DNA of 64,000 bases from Eledone cirrhosa (taxonomy: Eukaryota), in the NCBI GenBank assembly GCA_964016885.1, contig OZ024743.1, forward strand, positions 350,982,001-351,046,000, in the 5' to 3' direction. Below are positions 35,085 to 48,200 of this stretch, one piece after another (the first letter of the stretch is position 1; the number at the start of each line of letters is the position of its first letter). A program made the position numbers and the translations under genes. The notes under the pieces were generated by a model. The model made no database searches, was not told the origin of the DNA, and was given only the letters and a program-made list of their open reading frames with translations.

Positions 35085-36790
35085 ATATATAACTGATTTA
35101 GTTCTAGTTCTTTTCCTCAATTTGTTTGGCGTATGGGTGTTTGAATTATAATTATTAGAGTTTCGTTTATGTATGCCATTATTTTTATCAGGATTAAAAC
35201 TTGGATTATTATTATCTACATACTCTATATTATTCTCATATCCTGCTCTTTTTAACGCGTCATTGCAGTATGCTGCATTATCATCAAATTGAGGAAAAGA
35301 ACTAGAACTAAATCAGTCATATGGTTTGCCCCCCCTCCCCCTGCTTCGGTAGCAGTTAGAACACCAGTTGCAAAATTATTCTTTAATGCTTTGGACACCT
35401 CTTTCCCTACTCAACATAAATACCATTCCATTTTTAATAGACACACTATTAAATTATCTTATTCTATGACTATGAATGTGGCCCAAAACATTGCTAAATT
35501 AAACAGTAAAATTCTAAAGCAGAATCAGCATAATGATCTTAATAATAGTGTTAACATAAATGTTAATAAGCCAAAATTTAATTGTAGAAATAAAATTGAT
35601 TGCCCTCTGCAAAATAATTGTTTGGATAGTAATTTGGTTATATATATATATAACTGATTTAGTTCTAGTTCTTTTCCTCAATTTGTTTGGCGTATGGGTG
35701 TTTGAATTATAATTATTAGAGTTTCGTAAAAACTGATTACAACACATATAACTACATAGGATCGACTTCTTCTACATTTAAAGCTAGATTCGCGAATCAT
35801 AAATGCTCATTTTCGAACTCCAAGAGGAAATCATCCACTTCTTTATCACAGCTAATATGGTCATTAAAAGAGAAGAATTTAAAATACTCCATTTTTTGGA
35901 CGAAACTTCGTAATACTGGTGTTTACCGCAACTCAAGTATATCAAGTAACTGCGCGCTTTGTACAAAGGAGACCCTGTTGATTATTAATAATTATGAGAC
36001 CTTAATCAACAAAAAAGTGAATTATTCTCTAACTGCCTTCATAAAGCCTTGTCTACATTCCAAGCCTCTCATAAGACCAGGAAAAAACAGTAAGCAACCA
36101 AATTTGGTTTTTAGACGTACATAATCAACAGTTGAAAACCTTAATGGCCTTTAATATTGCTTTATCTTCTAACCATCTATAAAGGAAATAACGTTTGAAT
36201 GAATGACACTTGTTTAATAACATGCTGGTACGTTGATATACATAACATATAGTTTTTTGAATATTATTATTAACTTTGATCCATACCATTATTTATCTAT
36301 CTTTATTTTTCTATCTATGTTTTAAATATAGTTCGAATATCCAACCTGTAATTTTTTACGGACCTTATTTTGAACTGTGAATCATTCATGCGTTTACACT
36401 CTTTTATATATATGTATCTACTTAACTTATACATATTTGAATCTATTATCTAAGATTATAATCGTTATCATTTACCAAAAGTATACTGTCTCATTAATAC
36501 TTAGTATATCTCTCTATACCTAATTTTTTGCATATATGTTTATATTGTATAATAACATAATCATATTATTAGTTACGTATATCTCTACATTTAGGTTTGT
36601 TTTTTTTGCATCTATATTTATAGTGTATAATAACTTAATCATAATTATTGTTTCGGTATAACGCTATATATAGTTTTGTGCAAATATAAATATATTGTAC
36701 AATACCTTAATCATTATTTAGAGTTCATTCTTCCCTTAAAGATAGAACTAATATAGGATTCTAATATAATAAATATTAATTTATTACGAT
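35085..36790. mobile_element. Rearranged Naiad-like PLE remnant (thumb/linker/GIY-YIG pieces in alternating orientation + AT-rich 3' UTR)
   Basis: Minus 35090-35290: YCNDALKRAGYENNIEY. Plus 35289-35645: WFAPP...IKLSYS...NCRNKIDCPLQNNCL..LVIY. Second short inversion 35650-35726. Plus from ~35750: YIGST...RFANHK. Homologous to the 16839 ORF. 3' limit is approximate. Confidence 0.8.
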
Positions 36791-36795
36791 AAATG

Positions 36796-36832
<37 letters not shown>

Positions 36833-37031
36833 CAGATAGGATGTGGTTAAAACCAGGTAGACCATAACTCACCAGAGTACTCGATACTTGGGGTAGTAGA
36901 GTGGGTAATATCAAAAGATTCAGGAGCCGACAGCTGAGCTTCGGCCGTTTCGACGACTAGTTCGGATCTAGCTGTAGAAACAGCCGGAGCTCAGCCATTG
37001 GGGTCCTGAATCTTTTCATATATATATATAT

Positions 37032-37222
37032 AGTAATTGTTTCTACTTTTGGCACAAGGCCAGCAATTACCCAGTGTATTACTGGTACTTTATTTTATCG
37101 ACCCCGTAAGGATGAAAGGCAAAGTTAACCTCGGCGGGATTTGAACTCAGAATGGCAAGGGCCGTAACTCAATGCGTCAAAGCATGGCGTCCGACCCTCT
37201 ACCGATACTGCCAATCCACCGC
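37032..37222 (-). mobile_element. Same SINE family, full length
   Basis: Reverse complement of the 31774 consensus. Confidence 0.8.
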
Positions 37223-37415
37223 CCTTAAAATATATATATATAGTAATAATAATAAATTTCAAGTCTAAAATCCAAAGAGGGCTCAATAGGGATAGATATA
37301 TATCAAATATATAAGAACCGTACAGCAAATATTTATTAAAATAACAGATTAAAGTTTAAGCAAGATCCCGTTAAGGGTGAAAGCAGCGATTCTTTGCTTA
37401 AACTTTAATCTGTTA

Positions 37416-37511
<96 letters not shown>

Positions 37512-37699
37512 TATATATTCAGGAAAGGCATGACGGCGGGGTATGGAAAAGTGTTATCAAACCGGAGACTTGGATCGAATTCTTCCCACAGAGTGAAATT
37601 CATTAAAAGCTGGTAATAATGTTAAACCGGGAGATCAGACACACACACACACGCATATATATATATATACACAAACACACACACATATATATGTATATA

Positions 37700-37776
37700 T
37701 AGGGTGTCCACCAAAAATGTATACACACTTTGATTAGAATGTTGTTGAAGTGTGTATACATTTTTGGGACACCCTG
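37700..37776. mobile_element. Tiny Tc1/mariner-type MITE
   Basis: TIRs agggtgtcc..aaaaatgtatacacactt / aagtgtgtatacatttttgggacaccctg, flanked by TA. Confidence 0.7.
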
Positions 37777-37810
<34 letters not shown>

Positions 37811-37901
37811 CGCGAATGATGTTTACACTACACACTTTCATCAAGCAATATGTAATGTGATGACGCAAGACGCATTTTTCTATGCATATATATGTCAAAT
37901 G

Positions 37902-38016
<115 letters not shown>

Positions 38017-38162
38017 ATACTTTGGGAAGGTCATGTTGCCAATAAGAAACACACGCACCAGTTGCTTTCACTTCAATTTATTATAATAAATTTATAAATT
38101 TAGGAATTTATAAATTTCCGGTTGGTTGGTTGGTTCCACAACCAGATGGTTGTTTATATATT

Positions 38163-38205
38163 GTCAAAGTTCTTTCGTCACACATTCTGTGACCTCTTCA
38201 GTGAC
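38163..38205 (-). ncRNA. Minimal type I hammerhead ribozyme (PLE tail)
   Basis: Minus strand: gtca CTGAAGA g-gtcaca-gaatg-tgtgac GAAA gaac TT tgac; in a ~280-bp segment between (TA)n tracts. Confidence 0.75.
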
Positions 38206-38409
38206 TGGGGATTCTTTTCTTTGTTTTTTGTGCCTCTCCTTTGTTCTGTCCTACGCCATCTTGTTTTTGTGTGTGTGTTGTGTATACATATATAAGCATA
38301 TATATATATATATATATATATATACGTATGTGTGTATGACTATATAAATGAGTCAGATAACTGTTGTCTACATTCACTATCACTATCTGTCGTGACTCAA
38401 TTCCCGCCA

Positions 38410-38990
38410 CTACTACTACTACTACAACTCCAAACTGACTTCCTGTCTTAAGGCCACCTATGTCGTTATTCTTATCACCTTCAAGTCATTGCTTCTTTCT
38501 GTCATTACCAGCTGCATTTTCAACTTGCTGCTGCTGTTGTTGTCATTTTTGTTGCATTGCTGTTGTTCTCGTCGTTGTTGATGTCAACGCCGTTGTTTCT
38601 GCTGTTGTTGTTGTTCTTGTTGTTGTTGCTGTTGTTGTTGTTGCTGTTGTTGTTGTTGTTGTTTACCCGGCAGACATTGCTTGCTGTCCTTGCAACATGC
38701 GGATGTCGTTCGTTGTATTTCAGCAATAATAGCAAGATAAGAATGAAGATAATACTGATTGATTATACTTAATGTGAGGGAGATGATGGTGATGACGATG
38801 GAGATGATGATGGAGATGATGATAATCATCATCATCATCATCAAATTGATGATGATGATGATGATGATATCAATATCATGATTATGATGATGATTATGAC
38901 GCCGACGACACCGACGACGCCCACGACGCTGATGATCACATTGATGGTAATGATGCTAATTATGAAGATTACAATAATGGTTTTAGTGAT
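38410..38990. repeat. Mixed trinucleotide microsatellites (CTA, GTT/GCT, GAT)
   Basis: Direct reading; similar tract at 42080-42225. Confidence 0.85.
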
Positions 38991-39204
38991 AACTAGCAGA
39001 ATGGTCCGGCGTTGCTCGGGATTTTCTCTAGGATTCTTATATATTTCATATATATTTATCCTTATCGAGCCTCGTGAAATAAATACGTTTATATATAAAT
39101 TAGAAATATAAGCTATCGCCGTATTTTGACTAAAGAAATTAAAGAAACTATTTAGCCTGATAGTGGGGTTAAGAACCCTCGGAGAAATGGAAAAAGATGA
39201 GTAT

Positions 39205-39275
39205 TGACGTATATGGGAGTCGAACCCACATCTGCGGTTATCCAGACCAATGTGCTATCATTACACCAACACATC
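39205..39275 (-). tRNA. tRNA-like cloverleaf (nominal anticodon GGA, short variable loop); probably a pseudo-tRNA or mobile Pol III unit
   Basis: gatgtgt-tg-gtgt-aatgata-gcac-a-ttggt-ctGGAta-accgc-agat-gtggg-ttcgact-cccat-atacgtc-a; all four stems pair (one anticodon-stem mismatch); TTTTT ~10 nt downstream. Confidence 0.55.
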
Positions 39276-39619
39276 ACCCGTCTTCTTCCATTCAAATTAG
39301 AAGCTATAATCTTAGCAAGTGTAATGTCAAGTAAGAATATTTTCGAAACAGCGAGCGAGTTTGAAATTAGAAATATAAGCTATCGCCGTATTTTGACTAA
39401 AGAAATTAAAGAAATTATTTAGCCTGATAGTGGGGTTAAGAACCCTCGGAGAAATGGAAAAAGATGAGTAATTTCTTTAGTCAAAATACGGCAATAGCTT
39501 ATATTTCTAATTTCAAACTCGCTTGCTGTTTCGAAAATGTATATTTTGCGTATATTTTGCATCTTACTTTGCGCGAGATACCCTTCTAGTTTCTGCCGCA
39601 GTAGTTCTAGAATCAGTAC

Positions 39620-40830
39620 ATACAGCCGAGACAAGAGGGTACAACCTTGATGAACTCTACTCAGGATGGTGAACGTTTCCTATAGGCAGCTATTTAATCT
39701 GAACACTGAAAACATGTCGCTATACACTGCGGCTGTCCAGCCTCGAAAACGGGACTGAATAATTTCGATTGACCTAATCTGATCAAGGCTCAACCCGAGC
39801 AAGATTCTTTACCCACCCTCTCTAGGATGTATCGCATGGGGTGGAGGTTGCCCTGAATAGATTTGTTCGGGATGGCGCATGCCTGCGTAGCACCAATCAG
39901 ACTAACCCCGACGAGCGACAGCCCTTTCGCTAACAGCTTGGCCAACATCTTGAACTCTGCATTCAGCAAAGCTATGAATCGAAAAGTATCAGTGTGTACT
40001 TATGGTTATGTGCATTCACACTGGCTACTCTGAGGCAGGTCATGCTATATAAAGAGAAGGAAAGCGAAAACGACTATTTACCTTATTCCCGTGCAAGAAC
40101 AGGTAATCTGTTCTTCCGGCTAGTTGCGGGTGTTTCTTCGAATAGGTCTTTATAATTCCTATTGTTTTCAATTCCTCAGAAACCTCCGATCATTTATGTA
40201 GTCATTGTGTTATATGTGTATGTCATTAATAATTTTTTATTTGTATTTTAGCTATGAAGATAATGAAATGTTTCTTTGTTCAAGTTGAGGGTATCGTTCT
40301 TAGTGTAGGTGTGAACTGGATTGTTGTAATGTTTATGGTGTTGGTGTTATTTGTGATGTGTGGGCTATGGTGGAGTGAGAGTGTGGTGTTGCGATATTGT
40401 GAGACTACTGTTTTTAACTTTCTTCTGCCATTTTGTGGGCTCGTTTGTCTTGATTTTTCTTTTCTCTTCTGAGATATCTGAAGTAGGGAGGGGCACGCCC
40501 TGAAGTGTTGTGTTTGAGTCAGAAGTTTCTGACTCCGCCAGAAAGCCTTTAGATGGATGTTGGGATCACATATGTAACATGTTGCTTTCTGCCCACTTCA
40601 GCCATGAAACGTTGGGTGTTATCTGGCAGGTTAATAAGGTCTGAGATGGTTTCCAAGCTGTCTTGATCAGTTTGGATCAGATACTTCATCTTCGAACCTT
40701 TCCAGCTTTCCTTTCGTAACTTTGGGACTTGGAGATTTTCTACCTTGTCCTCAATTGGGGACAAGACCGAAATTCTCTAATTCTGGTGGCACGTCAATAA
40801 TTCTTATTATTGCCGCGCGTTTCCTGCGAT
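39620..40830 (-). mobile_element. Degenerate Tx1-like LINE (ORF1 and RT remnants)
   Basis: Minus strand LLNAEFKMLAKLLAK...QACAIPNKSIQGNLHPMRYILERV and LIQTDQDSLETISDLINL, both matching the 25-30 kb element. Confidence 0.7.
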
Positions 40831-40899
40831 TTGTCGATATGATAAGAAATTTAGGTGTCTAGACCACTTCAACGAAATCATTCAACCACTTCGTGATGA

Positions 40900-41800
40900 C
40901 GTGAAATGTTAGATATAATACAATGGTGAATAATCTCCTAAATATGACATCACAAGGTTGCGTACTCGTATCACGCTATTTCAACCGACGACGACGTAAA
41001 TTTAAAAACCATATATCTATGACCATGATCTTTGAGCTGTAAATTGTCAGCTAAAATGCTGGTCTGTTTTTAACTAAATTCGATCTAGAAACCACACCGA
41101 TGCTTTTTTTTATTTTACCTTCATACCAAAGACCAAGATTTTTGCTCACTATCTACACGGAGAAGAAATATAAAACAACTCTTCAAATTACCACTCATGA
41201 GGAACTAGGCAAAGAAGTTGCTTCTTTCACATATCTCGGCAGCATCTTGTCCAACTCCTCCTCCCTCAAAGATGACACCGAATAGTCCATAGTTACTTTA
41301 GGCACTTTTATTTTTTCACCATACTGGTTTTCACAATCGTAATTTGTAGTGCTTTCCACACTGTTCTCTGTTGATTTTCTGTGAGATTTGAACAGGATAT
41401 TAGCATCAAATATGTCGATATGAGAAAGTTTCTCAAACCTTCGCTCGATTCAAAACATCAAATATGATGACAATGTCACTAGCAACGATATACTGGCAAA
41501 AACAAAATCCATGAGAATCCAAACCATCACTAAAAAAAACTTTAGTTCCAATGGCTAGAAGCAAAAATGCCCATATAGATCCTTTACCCTGAACTTAAAG
41601 AAAGTTATTATCCATGAAGTGCACCTTAGAAACGCATTAGTACCTTCACCAAAATTATGCCAACATTCAAAGTCTATCGTATGGAAAATATAAACCTCGC
41701 TATCCAAACGACTCTGAAAAAAATTAAAGACCAAATGAACTAGCTGTTGTTGCAGATCATATTCGACATGAATATGCTGAAGAAAAAAGAACCAGAAGGA
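40900..41800 (+). pseudogene. Highly decayed RTE-like RT/thumb remnant
   Basis: EVASFTYLGSILS motif; remainder heavily decayed, limits approximate. Confidence 0.45.
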
Positions 41801-43042
41801 AGTTGTTGAACAAAGCCTTCTGGAACTAGAGTTTCAGTATAGATGTTGTGATCAATGATTTATTTCAAACATCGGAAGGCACAGCAATGAAAAAAAAAAT
41901 GTTTAAGTCAGCAATATCGATGACGAAACCTTGGCAACATCCTCGACAATGAAAAAAACTCTGCCGACGAATACAACGAGGGTATGTGTTAACAATAGCG
42001 ACACTATCACTATAGCAACAACAACAGCAATAACTGCATTCAGCAGCACTGATGGTGATGACCATCGTATTGGTGCTAGTGGTTATTGCTGTGGTGGTGG
42101 TGGTGGCGGCGGTGCTGCTGCTGCTGCTGCTGCTGCTGCTTGTGCTGGTGCTGGTGCTAGTGGTGATGGTGGCGACGGTGGTGGTGTGGTGGTAGTACTG
42201 GTGCTGGTGCTGGTGCTGGTGGTTAATGTGTGAATGTGTGTATGTTAAACTGGGTGACTCATTAAGCCTGCCACCCCAGAACAGGAACTTTTGTTTTCAT
42301 GGAATTTCATCCAGTTTCTGTCTACCAAATTTCACTCCTAATTGAGAATTAAAAGAATCGTTAGAGCTTTGTGTTATTTGTTAGAGCTCCCTGTGCCCTG
42401 AGTTCACATTTCGCTGATGTTAACCTTTGCCTTTCATTCTTTCGTAGTCGATAAAATAAGCATTAGTCCAAGAAGGTGGATTAGTGCAATCGGTACAGCT
42501 TCGGGCGAGATCTCTTGCGGTATTTAACCCGCTGCTTTGTATTATGTGTTCAAATCCTATCATCAGGCTTAACACGAACACCTGGACCTTTGAGTGTCTT
42601 TAATAGAATCCCAGTTGTTGTAAGCATTTGAACTTAGCCTCCAGCTTGAAAATGCCTCCATTCCTCATTTCTGACAATCTCAGCGAGCCTGATAGAGGAG
42701 TCGCGAGCAGCACCCTCCCCCGTTTGACTATACGGTAAATAAATAACTTTCACGGAACTGTTTTGGTCAACACGAAACTATGGTAGAAGACCACGCGTAG
42801 TTCCGAAAAGCCTTGTCTTTCTCCATTTTTGTTATGTTGTAGTTGAAATTATTGTTGTAGCTGTATAAGTGGTTGTTATTGTTGTTGCTGTCGTTATTAG
42901 TGGTGAGAAGGGATGTTTAACCCAAGATTAACACTGAAGAAGCAAAGCTATGATTAAAGGCATTCCATCCGTGATCATTTCCTTATATGTACTTGCCAAC
43001 AAGATCACGTTATCCTACTCGCCTTTCTGTAAGACAGTAGCG

Positions 43043-43196
43043 CAGCGGTTTTCAACCTTTTCAGTAAAAAGGCCCCTCTTTATTTACCCACAAATCAAGG
43101 GCTTGGAAATGTCTAACTATTCAACAAGCTCACAGAAAACAAGTGGTACCTTTGCGAAACTCCGGGGACCCACAGAGCACAGGTAGAAAACCATTG
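43043..43196. mobile_element. hAT-like MITE
   Basis: Imperfect TIRs cagcggttttcaacct / aggtagaaaaccattg; no clear TSD. Confidence 0.5.
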
Positions 43197-43289
43197 CGAT
43201 TGGGTGTGATTTGAGGGAGATTTGACTGCTATTTCTAGTATGATGAACGACCATATAAAGGCTCCATCACTGCCTCGTATAATTGTTGT

Positions 43290-43646
<357 letters not shown>

Positions 43647-44733
43647 CAGTAACAGTTATTGTTTCTATTGACAATTATTTTTTGTGTAGGTTTAGTTGAT
43701 GTTATTGTTACTGATCCTGTTAGGACAACTTGGTTCGAAAAGTCCTATGTTCAAAAGCTTTTCATCCACGACTGTCTCGTCTTTTCTGCATATGTACTGG
43801 GAATACTGGCGCTCATTATCCAACCTGTTTTTTCTTAGGCTGTGAAGTGTATTTTGAAGGAGATTTGGTTGTTATTTCTAGTAGGCTGAGTTACCACGTA
43901 GAACTTCCTCGCTGAATTCTTGGTGGTTGTGTTACTGTTGTGATACTATTGCCGTTGTTATTATAGTTATTACTGTCGTGATTGTTGCTCTCACTGAGTC
44001 TATTGCTGCTGGTGTTATTGGTAGCGAGGTGGCGAATTATCAGAACCGTCAGGGTGTCGGAGTAAAAATGCCTCAATATTTGGTCAAACTCACTGCACAG
44101 CAAAGTTCGAATCCCATCGAGGTCAACTTTGTCTTTCATCCTTTCGAGGTTGACAAATAAAGTACCAGTCCAGTAATGGGGTTGGTTATTTCCACTATCT
44201 TTCTTTATCACTTTCTTTCTCTGAAAAGAAAGCAGCTGTGTTCTGAACTGGAGTGGGATGAGTTCCACCAGGTTTTAAACATTCAATACGGCGCTTGTAT
44301 GTGACGACGGCCTTCCTACGACTCCATCAAGAATGAAGGTCCTTTTTTAGGTATTGATAATAGTATTGCTGTTGACAGTAATATTGATGTTGTTCTTGTG
44401 CTTTGTTTTTTTTTATCGTATTTCCTAAATCTGGAGGAAGAGATAGGGCCCAAAACCTTCACACCTTCTCCCTCCACGAGTGGAGTGACCGGTGATGTTA
44501 ATGCTGCGTTTAAACTATTGCAAGTCGAAAGTTCTCGAGGACCAAAGTACGGCGTAGAGATTACTGGATGTACTGGTTAGTGAGGTTGCCTAGGAGGGGA
44601 GACAAGTGAATCGGGTGTGTCGAAGTCGAAGTGACATAGAACCAGCAAGCTCCACAGAGCACAAACAGTGTTGTTGTTGTTGTTGTCGTTGTTGTTGTTG
44701 TTCTGTAGAAGTTGCTGCGACATTAACAACATT

Positions 44734-45015
44734 AATAATTGTTTCTACTTTAGGCACAAGGCCAGCAAATACCCAGTGCATTACTGGTACTTTTATTTTA
44801 TCGACCCCGTAAGGATGAAAGGCAAAGTTAACCTCGGCGGGATTTGAACTCAGATCGTAAAGGGACGTAACTATGCTGGAAAGCATGGCGCCCGACCCTC
44901 TACCGATACTGCCAATTGTTTCTTCTTTGCCTTTCATCCTTACGTGGTTAATAAAATAAAGTACCAGTAATACACTGGTAAATTTGCTGGCCTTGTGCCA
45001 AAAGTAGAAACAATT
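44734..45015. mobile_element. Same SINE (minus, 44734-44915) with an adjacent inverted 3' half (plus, ~44925-45015)
   Basis: Direct sequence match to the 31774 copy on both strands. Confidence 0.78.
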
Positions 45016-45026
45016 AGTAATGTTGG

Positions 45027-45058
<32 letters not shown>

Positions 45059-45229
45059 CTGTTGCTGCTGCTGCTGTTGTTATTATTGCAACTGTTACTG
45101 TTGTGATGTTGTTCCTGCTGCTACTGTTGCTGTTGATGCTATTGTTGTTATTATTGAAACTGTTACTGCTGTTGTTGTTGTTGTTGTTGTTATTGCGGCT
45201 GCTGTTATTATGCAACTGTTACTGTTGTG

Positions 45230-48200
45230 GTTGCTGCTGCTACTTTTGTTGTGTTACTGCTGCTGATGTTACTGTTACTACTGCTGTTGATGCTGCTGCT
45301 GTTGTCTTACTGCTGCTGCTATTACTGTTACTATTACTGTTGATGCTGCTGCTGTTGTCTTACTGGTGCTGCTATTACTGTTACTACTACTGTTGATGCT
45401 GCTGCTGTTGTGTTACTGCTGCTGCTATTACTGTTACTACTACTGTTTATGCTGCTGCTGTTGTGTTACTGCTGCTGCTATTACTGTTACTATTACTGTT
45501 GATGCTGCTGCTGTTGTCTTACTGGTGCTGCTACTACTGTTACTACTACTGTTGATGCTGCTGCTGTTGTGTTACTGCTGTTGCTATTGCTGTTACTACT
45601 ACTGTTGATGCTGCTGCTGTTGTGTTACTGCTGCAGCTATTACTGTTACTACTACTGTTGATGCTGCTGCCGTGGTGTTACTGCTGCTGCTATTACTGTT
45701 ACTACTACTGTTGATGCTGCTGCTGTTGTGGTACTACTGCTGCTATTACTGTTACTACTACTGTTTATGCTGCTGCTGTTGTGTTACTGCTGCTGCTATT
45801 ACTGTTACTATTACTGTTGATGCTGCTGCTGTGGTGTTACTGCTGCTGCTATTAGTGTTACTACTACTGTTGATGCTGCTGCTGTTGTGGTACTACTGCT
45901 GCTATTACTGTTACTACTACTGTTTATGTTGCTGCTGTTGTGTTACTGCTGCTGCTATTACTGTTACTATTACTGTTGATGCTGCTGCTGTTGTCTTACT
46001 GGTGCTGCTACTACTGTTACTACTACTGTTGATGCTGCTGCTGTTGTGTTACTGCTGCTGCTATTACTGTTACTACTACTGTTGATGCTGCTGCTGTTGT
46101 GTTACTGCTGCTGCTATTGCTGTTACTACTACTGTTTATGCTGCTGCTGTTGTGTTACTGCTGCTGCTATTGCTGTTACTACTACTGTTGATGCTGCTGC
46201 TGTTGTGTTACTGCTGCTGCTATTGCTGTTACTACTAGTGTTTATGCTGCTGCTGTTGTGTTACTGCTGCTGCTATTACTGTTACTACTACTGTTGATGC
46301 TGCTGCTGTTGTCTTACTGCTGCTGCTATAGCTGTTACTACTACTGTTGATGCTGCTGCTGTTGTGTTACTGCTGCTGCTATTACTGTTATTACTACTGT
46401 TGATGCTGCTGCTGTCGTGTTACTGCTGCTGCTATTGCTGTTACTACTACTGTTGATGCTGCTGCTGTTGTATTACTGCTGCTGCTATTACTGTTACTAC
46501 TACTGTTGATGCTGCTGCTGTTGTGTTACTGCTGCTGCTATTACTGTTACTACTACTGTTGATGCTGCTGCTGTTGTGTTACTGCTGCTGCTATTACTGG
46601 TACTCCTACTGTTGATGCTGCTGCTGTTGTCTTACTGCTGCTGCTATTACTGTTACTACTACTGTTGATGCTGCTGCTGTTGTGTTACTGCTGCTGCTAT
46701 TACTGTTACAACTACTGTTGATGCTGCTGCTGTTGTCTTACTGCTGCTGCTATTACTGTTACTACTACTGTTGATGCAGCTGCTGTTGTGTTACTGCTGC
46801 TGCTATTACTGTTACTACTACTGTTGATGCTGCTGCTGTTGTGTTACTGCTGCTGCTATTACTGTTACTATTACTGTTGATGCTGCTGCTGTTGTCTTAC
46901 TGGTGCTGCTACTACTGTTACTACTACTGTTGATGCTGCTGCTGTGTGTTACTTCTGCTGCTATTACTGTTACTACTACTGTTGATGCTGCTGCTGTGGT
47001 GTTACTGCTGCTGCTATTACTGTTACTACTACTGTTGATGCTGCTGCTGTGGTGTTACTGCTGCTGCTATTACTGTTACTACTACTGTTGATGCTGCTGC
47101 TGTGGTGTTACTGCTGCTGCTATTACTGTTACTACTACTGTTGATGCTGCTGCTGTTGTGTTACTGCTGCTGCTATTACTGTTACTACTACTGTTGATGC
47201 TGCTGCTGTTGTCTTACTGCTGCTGCTATTGCTGTTACTACTACTGTTGATGCTGCTGCTGTTGTGTTACTGCTGCTGCTATTACTGTTATTACTACTGT
47301 TGATGCTGCTGCTGTCGTGTTACTGCTGCTGCTATTGCTGTTACTACTACTGTTGATGCTGCTGCTGTTGTATTACTGCTGCTGCTATTACTGTTACTAC
47401 TACTGTTGATGCTGCTGCTGTTGTGTTACTGCTGCTGCTATTACTGTTACTACTACTGTTGATGCTGCTGCTGTTGTGTTACTGCTGCTGCTATTACTGG
47501 TACTCCTACTGTTGATGCTGCTGCTGTTGTCTTACTGCTGCTGCTATTACTGTTACTACTACTGTTGATGCTGCTGCTGTTGTATTACTGCTGCTGCTAT
47601 TACTGTTACAACTACTGTTGATGCTGCTGCTGTTGTCTTACTGCTGCTGCTATTACTGTTACTACTACTGTTGATGCAGCTGCTGTTGTGTTACTGCTGC
47701 TGCTATTACTGTTACTACTACTGTTGATGCTGCTGCTGTTGTGTTACTGCTGCTGCTATTACTGTTACTATTACTGTTGATGCTGCTGCTGTTGTCTTAC
47801 TGGTGCTGCTACTACTGTTACTACTACTGTTGATGCTGCTGCTGTGTGTTACTTCTGCTGCTATTACTGTTACTACTACTGTTGATGCTGCTGCTGTGGT
47901 GTTACTGCTGCTGCTATTACTGTTACTACTACTGTTGATGCTGCTGCTGTGGTGTTACTGCTGCTGCTATTACTGTTACTACTACTGTTGATGCTGCTGC
48001 TGTGGTGTTACTGCTGCTGCTATTACTGTTACTACTACTGTTGATGCTGCTGCTGTTGTGTTACTGCTGCTGCTATTACTGTTACTACTACTGTTTATGC
48101 TGCTGCTGTTGTGTTACTGCTGCAGCTATTACTGTTACTACTACTGTTGATGCTGCTGCTGTGGTGTTACTGCTGCTGCTATTACTGTTACTACTACTGT

